Origin: a virus
Lineage: Duplodnaviria; Caudoviricetes
IMG/VR virus record: IMGVR_UViG_3300010163_000002
Location: 96,001-160,000 of that record
DNA length: 64,000 nt
Strand: one strand, 5' to 3'
Translations under genes and position numbers: made by a program
Shown here: in pieces, positions 41,153-48,824 of the stretch
Numbering within the stretch: position 1 is the stretch's first letter
Layout: every line of letters begins with the position of its first letter
The notes under the pieces: generated by a model
Told to the model about the DNA's origin: nothing
What the model saw: the letters and a program-made list of their open reading frames with translations, nothing else
Database searches by the model: none

Positions 41153-41280
41153 TATATGCTATGAGATATATTCTGGTCTTCTTATATAGCATGGCATGTA
41201 TTATCGTTATCCACATCCTTTTTGATTACGGGCGAGGTAAAACTCGCCTGTAATAATAAATATTATAAGAGGTTGAAACT

Positions 41281-41985
41281 ATGTCTGTTCCTGTTTATAG
41301 AAGAAATGAATCTAAATTGGAGTTTTACGAAAATTTCTTTAAGCTTAGAAGAGAAGTTTTACTTCTGTTAGCTAGGGATTTCGGAATTAAAGCTAGAACG
41401 TATGACGTAAATCTTGTGTCTGACATTTATGGCTTAAATAATCATGATAGAAATGAACTAATGGATATAGGGCAAAGAAATAATATCACCGGGTTTAATG
41501 TTGATAAGATCCCTATGTGGTTAATCGAGAATTGGCGGTATGAGATAATGAACATTTTAAATAATATTGGGATCGCCATTAACTGTGCTAATGCTATTTA
41601 CATAGTTAATCTTCCCGAATATTATGATAGACGGAATTTTCTTAATCATGCTATAGGATATTGCATGGCTCTTCAGGATAAGCTGAATGAAATCATAGTT
41701 TGCTTAAAAGATGTCAAATTAGGTGCGTATGAAAACGTATATAAGTTGATAGTTAGCGAAATAAGATTGTTAAAAGCTTTAAGGAGAAGTGACAATAAAC
41801 TATATAAAAAGTATGAGAATACTTTTCCGTACTACAATGGTTCGTTTTATTACAATGCTCCGCCTGTCCCGCCAACGTATATGTATGACGTTGAGAATGG
41901 CTCGGTAAATCGAGTCATGCTGGACATGTGCAAAATAGTTGATAAGAAAACAACCCCGTTTAAATCTCTGGGCATAGCTGCATAA
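41281..41985 (+). CDS. avd: DGR accessory variability determinant (Avd-like four-helix bundle) with C-terminal extension
   Basis: Position between VR and TR; 'MSVPVYRRNESKLEF', 'AN.IY.....EY.DRR.FLNHAIGYC..L', 'EIRLLKALRRSDNK'. Confidence 0.85.
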   Translation: MSVPVYRRNESKLEFYENFFKLRREVLLLLARDFGIKARTYDVNLVSDIYGLNNHDRNELMDIGQRNNITGFNVDKIPMWLIENWRYEIMNILNNIGIAINCANAIYIVNLPEYYDRRNFLNHAIGYCMALQDKLNEIIVCLKDVKLGAYENVYKLIVSEIRLLKALRRSDNKLYKKYENTFPYYNGSFYYNAPPVPPTYMYDVENGSVNRVMLDMCKIVDKKTTPFKSLGIAA

Positions 41986-42072
41986 TTCCACGAATTTCTG
42001 CAATTGCAACAACAATGGCAATTCGAACTACAATAACGCGTCTAATGTCAACGGCGTGCGGCCCCGATTACT
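41984..42072 (+). repeat. DGR template repeat (TR)
   Basis: Non-coding, 12 AAY codons in the VR frame, 28 adenines; begins at the avd stop codon. Confidence 0.96.
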
Positions 42073-42209
42073 GCCGGTATAACCAGAGGGTTATATTGGA
42101 GAGTAAGGAGCTTATGCCCATCCTCTCGTTCATACGAACGTTTGGTGAATTATTACTCGGAACCCGGATACGTCCGATGGTTTAATTTTTGTTTTGGTTG
42201 GTGCTATAG
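42073..42209 (+). ncRNA. Structured 3' spacer of the DGR template RNA
   Basis: Hairpins at 42074-42099, 42127-42140 (CGTTC-atac-GAACG) and 42165-42176 (CGGA-tacg-TCCG) between TR and RT. Confidence 0.55.
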
Positions 42210-43400
42210 ATGTATGAAGCAATCTGTTTAATTGATAATTTATATGACGGATTTAGAGATGTTAGGTCTAAAAGCGGATGGAAACCTGAAACTCAACGGT
42301 ATTCTATGTATATGATGCCTAATCTTATTGAATTGAGAGATTCATTAGTTAATGGTACGTATAGACCTACTCCTCCAAATGGCTTTATTCAAAATGAGAG
42401 AGGAAAACCTAGATGGATAGAGTCAAGGTGCGTTAACGATAGAATCGTTAATAAAGTGGTGCATGATCATGAGATCATGCCAGCCATATTTCCAAAACTT
42501 ATATATGATAATGCCGCGTCTATAGAAAACAGAGGAACAGATTTCTTCAGGCGTAGATTGTTGTACCATCTTTCTAGTTTTGCTGCAGAACATGGAACAG
42601 ACGGTTATATTCTATTAATAGATTTTAAGAAATTCTTTGATAATATCAGACATGATGATCTAATACTGATGTTCAGACAGGTGATTTCTGATCCAAGATC
42701 GATGCGCCTTATTGAGATGATGATTAGATCTAATAGAGTTGATGTTTCATACATGAGTGATGAAGAGTATGCCAATTGCATGAATGTACCGTTCAATAAC
42801 CTTGAGTATCGTCAGAAAATTGTTTCTGGCGAATATAAAGCAACTGGCGAACGGTTTATGAATAAGTACATGGGGATTGGCAGCCAGATAAGTCAGGATG
42901 CTGGTATTTATTATCCTCATGATATAGATAATTATTGCAAGATAGTGAGGGGCGTTAAGGGTTATGGAAGATATATGGATGATTCTTATGCCATTCATCA
43001 TTCTAAAGAATTCTTATGGGATTTATTGATGCATATAAAAGAAATATGTATTACCCTTGGAATATTTTTGAATGAACAAAAGACTCAGATTGTAAATCTC
43101 AAACATGAATTTACAATATTACATACAAGATATAAGCTACATGAAAATGGAGATGTTTCAATAATCGCTGATTCTGATTCATTCAGCAGAGAACGCCGTA
43201 AGCTTAATAAGCAAGCTGATATGTTGAATGAAGGTTATGAAAGAATATCATATGATATTATTCGTAATCAATATAACTCATGGAGAGGAAATATTGTTAG
43301 AACAGCTAATGGTAGAAATATAGAACCATTACAAAGGATGGATAATCATTTTAATGAATTATTCATCGAACCATTCGCTAATGGCCAAATAATTATATAG
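42210..43400 (+). CDS. DGR reverse transcriptase
   Basis: 'ERGKPRWI...NDRIV', 'DFKKFFDNIRH', DGR-type 'GIGSQISQ', catalytic 'RYMDD'; no maturase/endonuclease domain. Confidence 0.95.
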   Translation: MYEAICLIDNLYDGFRDVRSKSGWKPETQRYSMYMMPNLIELRDSLVNGTYRPTPPNGFIQNERGKPRWIESRCVNDRIVNKVVHDHEIMPAIFPKLIYDNAASIENRGTDFFRRRLLYHLSSFAAEHGTDGYILLIDFKKFFDNIRHDDLILMFRQVISDPRSMRLIEMMIRSNRVDVSYMSDEEYANCMNVPFNNLEYRQKIVSGEYKATGERFMNKYMGIGSQISQDAGIYYPHDIDNYCKIVRGVKGYGRYMDDSYAIHHSKEFLWDLLMHIKEICITLGIFLNEQKTQIVNLKHEFTILHTRYKLHENGDVSIIADSDSFSRERRKLNKQADMLNEGYERISYDIIRNQYNSWRGNIVRTANGRNIEPLQRMDNHFNELFIEPFANGQIII

Positions 43401-43413
43401 GAGGTATATTAAA

Positions 43414-43665
43414 ATGGCTAGAACTTCTGCTGATATCCAGCGCGAAATCGATGTATTGCTTAACAGGTTGTCTGCTAACTCTTCAGATATTGGTGATTGG
43501 AAGGTCACTAAGATTTATGAAGCAAGACTTCTGAATAATCCCGATCCTTATGATACTGCTGCTCTTATTGCTGAGCGGCAGGCTGTACGTGATCAGATTA
43601 ATACTCTGCAGGAAGAACTGAAGACTGTTCAGTCGGCAGAATCTCATAATATCCAGTATGAGTAA
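43414..43665 (+). CDS. Small tail-fibre-associated protein (putative assembly chaperone)
   Basis: 'DWKVTKIYEA...PYD...ERQAVRDQINTLQ' pattern seen in small proteins beside phage fibre genes; AGGAGG RBS. Confidence 0.55.
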   Translation: MARTSADIQREIDVLLNRLSANSSDIGDWKVTKIYEARLLNNPDPYDTAALIAERQAVRDQINTLQEELKTVQSAESHNIQYE

Positions 43666-43702
43666 TTAATAATTTACAGTATTTTGCCATAATATAAAAT
43701 AC

Positions 43703-43728
43703 ACCCGTAGGGAGAAATCCCTACGGGT
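43703..43728. terminator. Bidirectional terminator closing the fibre/DGR operon
   Basis: ACCCGTAGGGA-gaaa-TCCCTACGGGT. Confidence 0.82.
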
Positions 43729-43735
43729 TTAATAT

Positions 43736-44332
43736 TTATCTGTTATAACCAAGCTTTCTCAAATGTTTGCTTACTGTGGAAGCGCATCTATCGCATTCTT
43801 CCGCAATTTTAGCATATGTATAACCTTTATTAAATAATTTAATAAATTTATTCACTTCTTCATTTGTTACTCTATTAGAAGTTCTCTTTAGAGTTTCACT
43901 GTTTTTCATACGATATTTAATTGTGTTTTCCGATATATTCAGCTCTTCAGCAATGGTTTTTATATAGCAACCGTCTTTAACCATACTATTTAATTTTTTA
44001 ATCTGTTTATCTGTTAATTTGTTTTTGGAGTTAATCTTTATTTTAGCTGGAGATTTTAATCTTGCACGCACACAACTACGGCTTTTTCCTAAAGCATTAG
44101 CAATTTGTGACAATGATAACCCTGCACTTCTCATTGCTAACATTTCTTCTCGTTCCGATTCAGTTGTTATATTATTATAGGTAGTTATTGCGTTATATAC
44201 TTCAATTTGAGATAATTTAGTCTTTTTGGCGATTTCATCAATATAATAACCAGAATTACGATACATAACGCAAATCCTTTTATTATACGATTCTATAGAT
44301 TCTCCCTTTTTTCTTCTTGGTTTTCCTAACAT
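43736..44332 (-). CDS. Multi-HTH DNA-binding protein
   Basis: Four HTH-like repeats: 'GYYIDEIAKK', 'GLSLSQIANALG', 'GCYIKTIAEELN', 'GYTYAKIAEEC'. Confidence 0.8.
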   Translation of the reverse strand: MLGKPRRKKGESIESYNKRICVMYRNSGYYIDEIAKKTKLSQIEVYNAITTYNNITTESEREEMLAMRSAGLSLSQIANALGKSRSCVRARLKSPAKIKINSKNKLTDKQIKKLNSMVKDGCYIKTIAEELNISENTIKYRMKNSETLKRTSNRVTNEEVNKFIKLFNKGYTYAKIAEECDRCASTVSKHLRKLGYNR

Positions 44333-44384
44333 AGTTAAATTTACCTCCTTAGAAAACTTAGTATTATTTAGATGTAAATATAAC

Positions 44385-44408
44385 CACGGCGGGGCAGTTC
44401 CCGCCGTG
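44385..44408. terminator. Hairpin terminator
   Basis: CACGGCGGG-gcagtt-CCCGCCGTG. Confidence 0.75.
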
Positions 44409-44416
44409 ATAATACT

Positions 44417-45640
44417 TTATTTAAGAGAAAGCACTTCTTCAGGATCGATTTCATTTAATGCTAATGTGCTATCATGGAATGCTTTCATAGCTTTATTCTT
44501 TACAGACGACATCATAACCATAGATACGAGGCCTACATTCTCTATACCAGCTCTTCTGAATAATGTACCAGCACACGTTTCACATATGCATCCATCTTGT
44601 GTTCTAGCGCATAGAGAAGAATATCTCATTTTAACAGTTTTACCAATAAGGGAATCCATATTATCAGATGTAATCTCTATAGGATTCCCCGATGAATTAA
44701 TATAGTATGAATACATCCAGCTTTTGATATTTTTATTTGTTAATGTGACATCAATTGTTCTCTTTGTACCGCAATCTGTATGCGGTATAATTTTAATATG
44801 CTGAGTAGCGCGAGTAAATAATTTTTCGTTATATCCGCCATATCTTGTCTTTTGTGACCTTGAATATGGTCCGCCAACTGCAGCATCATTTGTTTTAGCA
44901 AAATCTTTAGGATCAAGACCAGAAATATATGAACTTCCGACATAATCATATGAACCATCTGTCTTTTTAATTGATCCCTTAAGAAGATACATATTCTTAA
45001 AATTATTTCCCCACTTAGAACGTGCTCCTGAATTATACATATCTGCTGATTCAGAATCTTTTAATTCTTCTTTAGCAAAATCAATTAACTCATTCTCTAT
45101 CTTTTTAATCGCTTCTAGGTCTCCATCCTCTAACTCTTTAGCGTATTTTGCTTCAAGTTCTTTCTTTTTCTTCTCTGCTTTTGTTGTAATAAGAAGAATA
45201 TCCATATCATGAGATGGGCATAATGCAGACGCACAACTCATTAATATTTGGGTTTGCATTATAAAGTCTTTTACTTGATCTATAGTTACTTTTTCTTCAA
45301 GAAGAGCATACGATATCTTTTCGTTTATTTTATCGTATGTTTTATCTGTTACTGTTTCATTCACATACCCAAGTATATCAGCCATTGGTTCAATAAATGA
45401 TTTATTGAATAACCATAATCCAACTGTAGTAGTAAAAGAGTTTTTATTTTTCTTTTTATTGCCGTAATATCCTTTAGGAATTACTATGGTATCATATGTA
45501 TTGAACATTGGGCCGTCCCCATAATCTGCGAACCACTCCATTATTTTAGATTTCTCACATGCCTCATCATGAGTTAATGATAAGATCTCTTCAACATCTT
45601 TTGGATTATCTATAATATTGCTCACTCGCTTATTAGCCAT
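44417..45640 (-). CDS. rpoC: Phage RNA polymerase beta' subunit, C-terminal part (probably virion RNAP)
   Basis: 'TTVG...FN', 'SGARS', bridge-helix-like 'KTRYGGY', Zn site 'DCGT...C....ICETCAG', 'MKAFH'. Confidence 0.8.
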   Translation of the reverse strand: MANKRVSNIIDNPKDVEEILSLTHDEACEKSKIMEWFADYGDGPMFNTYDTIVIPKGYYGNKKKNKNSFTTTVGLWLFNKSFIEPMADILGYVNETVTDKTYDKINEKISYALLEEKVTIDQVKDFIMQTQILMSCASALCPSHDMDILLITTKAEKKKKELEAKYAKELEDGDLEAIKKIENELIDFAKEELKDSESADMYNSGARSKWGNNFKNMYLLKGSIKKTDGSYDYVGSSYISGLDPKDFAKTNDAAVGGPYSRSQKTRYGGYNEKLFTRATQHIKIIPHTDCGTKRTIDVTLTNKNIKSWMYSYYINSSGNPIEITSDNMDSLIGKTVKMRYSSLCARTQDGCICETCAGTLFRRAGIENVGLVSMVMMSSVKNKAMKAFHDSTLALNEIDPEEVLSLK

Positions 45641-45664
45641 AGTGCACCTCCTATAACTCTCATT

Positions 45665-45677
45665 TTAATGAAATGTC
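45665..45677 (-). promoter_or_regulatory. ACA-N6-TAA phage promoter motif
   Basis: GACA-tttcat-TAA on the minus strand upstream of the beta' gene at 45640. Confidence 0.55.
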
Positions 45678-45848
45678 AATAGCTCTAAATCATATAAATA
45701 AGTCATATAATAACTTTATATTGCTATATATTGTATTATTGTGCTTTATATAAGCTATAAATTATAATAAATTAGTTCATGATTGGGTCTTTATTGTTGG
45801 TAATACATTTTAGTAACAATCACTAGATAGAGGAGGATTTAACTAATC

Positions 45849-46067
45849 ATGGATACAAATAATAAAGTAATCTTATATTCTACTGGGTGCCCTAAATGCA
45901 AAGTGCTTAAAAAGAAACTGGATTCTTCTACACTTGAGTACGTAGAGGTTAATGATAAAGAGGAAATGGAGAAATTATCAATTGATTCTGTCCCTGTGTT
46001 GTCTGTATATGGAAAATTACTGAAATTTTCTGATGCTGTAAAATATGTGAATGAATATATTAAATAA
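45849..46067 (+). CDS. nrdH: NrdH/glutaredoxin-like redoxin
   Basis: 'LYSTGCPKC', 'SVPVL'; first gene of the nrd operon. Confidence 0.8.
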   Translation: MDTNNKVILYSTGCPKCKVLKKKLDSSTLEYVEVNDKEEMEKLSIDSVPVLSVYGKLLKFSDAVKYVNEYIK

Positions 46068-46084
46068 ATGGAGGTAAAGTAACG

Positions 46085-48004
46085 ATGTATAATATTCCGA
46101 TAAAACTTAACAGAGATTTTGAAAGTTCAATTTGTCACGCTAAAAGTAAGTATGGGGAGGACTTTGAAATTCTTAATGGGTTTCATGAATCTCAGGTAAA
46201 CTTCTCGGACTTTATTGATGGTTTCATTGATAAGAATGTAGCAGATGTTACTATCGATGCAAATGCAAATGCTTCCCATAAAGATATCAGATCTTTATTA
46301 TCAGAGAAAGGTAAATCGCACGATAAGCTTTTTGCTTTCAGTAAAATCTTTTATGAAATGAAAAAGAAATGGGGATTATGGACGGCGAGAACATGGCTCG
46401 ATACAGAGTATTCTGGAGGATTTTATTTGCATGATGCGCCATCAACATCTTACATGCCATATTGTTATGCTTATGATCTGTGCAGATTGGCTGAAGAAGG
46501 TTTATTCTTCTTAAAAAATTACAATGCCGAACCTCCAAAACATTTGACTACATTTTTGGATGATGTAATTGAATATATAAGTTACATGAGTAACAGATCT
46601 TCCGGCGCTGTTGGTATTCCAAATGTTCTTGTATGGACTTTCTATTTTTGGAAGCATGATATTAAAACTGGCCATGTTATTAAAGACCCGGATTATTATG
46701 TAAGACAAATTTTCCAGAAATTGATTTATAGATTAAATCAGCCGTTTATGAGAATTGATCAATCTGCATTTGTTAACATGTCAATTTTTGATAGAGAATA
46801 CGCAGAAGCTCTATTTGGCGGGCTGGAGTATCCTGATGGTACATTCTTCATTGATTATATAGATGAGTTTATGGAACACCAGAAAATATTCATGGATGTT
46901 GTATCTGAAATCCGTAGTGTCAATATGTTTACTTTTCCGATTTTAACATATTCTCTTCTTTATAAGAATGGGAAGTTTGTTGATGAAGAATTTGCTCGTT
47001 GGTGCTCTGATCATAATACTTTATGGAATGATTCTAATTTCTTTATTAGTGGCGATGTAACCACATTGAGTAATTGCTGCAGATTGTTAAGCGATACCAG
47101 CAAGTTAAGTGGGTTCATTAATTCTATTGGGGGTACAGCGCTTTCAATTGGTTCTATCAAGGTAAATACAATTAATCTTGTTAGAATAGCATATGAATCT
47201 AATTGCGATGAGGAAGAATATCTCAGGATATTGAGAGATAGAACGGAATTATGTTGTAAGACATTGGATACAGTAAGACATATTATCAAACGTAATATTG
47301 AAAAAGGGCTGCTTCCAAACTATCAGGATGGCGCTATTGAAATAGATAAACAATATTGTACTATCGGAATTCTTGGTATGTATGAAGTAATTGAAAAATT
47401 CGGTTACATTAAAAGAGATGAATTTGGGTACGTATATTATACAAATAAGGGAATGGAATTTGCTTGTAAAATCTTTGATGTATTAAATGATGTTAAAGAT
47501 AATTTTACCAAAGAATATTCATTCAACATCGAAAGTGTTCCTGCTGAACGCGCTGCAGTAATTCTTTGTCAGAAAGACAATCTTATATATGGAAATAATG
47601 ACAAATTCATTTATTCCAATCAGTGGATTCCTCTCAGTGAAAAATGTACTATTCAGGAAAAGCTTAGAACAGCAGCGGTTCTTGATAATAAGTGTTCTGG
47701 TGGTTCCATTGCGCATATTAATCTTGAATCTAACTTCCCGAATAAAGATTCTGCATGGAAGGCATTAAATAATATCGCTCAGTCTGGAGTAATTTATTTT
47801 GCTTTTAATACAAGAATCAATGAATGTAAAAATCATCATGGATTTGTTGGAACTGATCATTGCCCTGAATGCGGCGAAGTAGTATATGATACATACCAAA
47901 GAATTGTAGGATATCTTGTACCGACAAGAGCATATTCTAAGGATAGATTTAAAGAATTCACAACCAGAAAATGGTATGAGTATGCAGAAATGTTAGGAGA
48001 ATAA
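46085..48004 (+). CDS. nrdD: Anaerobic (class III) ribonucleoside-triphosphate reductase, no ATP-cone
   Basis: 'YLHD', 'PYC', 'TFPI', 'SNCCRL', 'PAE', 'SGGSI.H', Zn site 'CKNHH...CPECG', glycyl radical 'RIVGYL'. Confidence 0.93.
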   Translation: MYNIPIKLNRDFESSICHAKSKYGEDFEILNGFHESQVNFSDFIDGFIDKNVADVTIDANANASHKDIRSLLSEKGKSHDKLFAFSKIFYEMKKKWGLWTARTWLDTEYSGGFYLHDAPSTSYMPYCYAYDLCRLAEEGLFFLKNYNAEPPKHLTTFLDDVIEYISYMSNRSSGAVGIPNVLVWTFYFWKHDIKTGHVIKDPDYYVRQIFQKLIYRLNQPFMRIDQSAFVNMSIFDREYAEALFGGLEYPDGTFFIDYIDEFMEHQKIFMDVVSEIRSVNMFTFPILTYSLLYKNGKFVDEEFARWCSDHNTLWNDSNFFISGDVTTLSNCCRLLSDTSKLSGFINSIGGTALSIGSIKVNTINLVRIAYESNCDEEEYLRILRDRTELCCKTLDTVRHIIKRNIEKGLLPNYQDGAIEIDKQYCTIGILGMYEVIEKFGYIKRDEFGYVYYTNKGMEFACKIFDVLNDVKDNFTKEYSFNIESVPAERAAVILCQKDNLIYGNNDKFIYSNQWIPLSEKCTIQEKLRTAAVLDNKCSGGSIAHINLESNFPNKDSAWKALNNIAQSGVIYFAFNTRINECKNHHGFVGTDHCPECGEVVYDTYQRIVGYLVPTRAYSKDRFKEFTTRKWYEYAEMLGE

Positions 48005-48007
48005 AAT

Positions 48008-48490
48008 ATGAGTTTAAAAATTAAATTGCTTGATATAAAAGACGAAGATTTTGTAAACTATAAGAAGGCGTCTATGTACATAGCATTCCCGCATTGTAGT
48101 TTTAAATGCGGTTGTGATTTATGTCAGAATTATGCATTGTCAAAGCAGACTCCTGTAGAGATTTCTATGGATGCTATCGTAGATAGATACGTTAACAATC
48201 CTATAACTGAAGCTATAGTGTTTGCTGGGTTGGAACCATTTAACGATGAAGTAGATTTAATTAATTTAATATCATCATTTAGAAAAAAAACTGATGATGA
48301 TATTGTTATATATACCGGGTTTAATAAGGAGGAAATTAAAAACTACATTGATTGTTTCATTAATATTCTTGGATTTAAGAATATCATTATTAAATATGGT
48401 AGATATATTCCTAATCAAACTCCTCATAAAGATGAAGTATTAGGAGTTAATCTTGCTTCAGATAATCAGTATGCAGAAAGGATTTGTTAG
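48008..48490 (+). CDS. nrdG: Class III RNR activase (radical SAM)
   Basis: 'HCSFKCGCDLCQN', 'GLEPF', 'YTG', 'KYGRY', 'SDNQ'. Confidence 0.88.
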   Translation: MSLKIKLLDIKDEDFVNYKKASMYIAFPHCSFKCGCDLCQNYALSKQTPVEISMDAIVDRYVNNPITEAIVFAGLEPFNDEVDLINLISSFRKKTDDDIVIYTGFNKEEIKNYIDCFINILGFKNIIIKYGRYIPNQTPHKDEVLGVNLASDNQYAERIC

Positions 48491-48491
48491 C

Positions 48492-48674
48492 ATGAGGATC
48501 GTAGAAAATAGTGATAGAGAATTGGTAAATGATATCAGAAAACAGCTTAAAGAAAACGGCGGTTACTGCCCATGCAGAATTCAGAAAATTCCTGAAAATA
48601 AATGCATGTGTAAGGAATTTAGAGAGCAGGAAGAAGGAGAATGCCATTGTGGTTTATACATAAAGTATAAATAA
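48492..48674 (+). CDS. Ferredoxin:thioredoxin reductase catalytic-subunit-like protein
   Basis: Three Cys-x-Cys motifs 'GYCPC', 'CMC', 'GECHCGLY' as in the FTR catalytic subunit. Confidence 0.8.
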   Translation: MRIVENSDRELVNDIRKQLKENGGYCPCRIQKIPENKCMCKEFREQEEGECHCGLYIKYK

Positions 48675-48684
48675 TAATTCGTAT

Positions 48685-48710
48685 TAGAGGGTGGTTAATT
48701 CCACCCTCTA
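48685..48710. terminator. Hairpin terminator
   Basis: TAGAGGGTGG-ttaatt-CCACCCTCTA. Confidence 0.8.
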
Positions 48711-48824
48711 TAAATTATTTGAAAATAATATAATATATCTCTGTAGTAAAATATTATAAAGCCGAATAATTAAAAATAATTTATCCGGTTACAATGTAAT
48801 AATAAGAAAGGAGGATATTTAAGT

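Larger units (their letters stand above)
40163..43400 (+). mobile_element. Diversity-generating retroelement (target-VR / hairpin / avd / TR / RT)
   Basis: All canonical parts present in the same orientation; 89-nt TR/VR pair differing only at TR adenines. Confidence 0.96.

Noticed and set aside
41965-41983. 5' extension of TR into the end of avd (GGCATAGC versus VR-side GGCGTAGC)
   Set aside because: It needs a 4-nt gap and has non-A mismatches, so the TR boundary was kept at 41984. It may be a decayed extension.
42210-43400. RT as group II intron, retron or Abi RT
   Set aside because: It has no maturase/endonuclease domain and no retron VTG motif. It has the DGR GxxxSQ motif plus Avd and an A-specific TR/VR pair.
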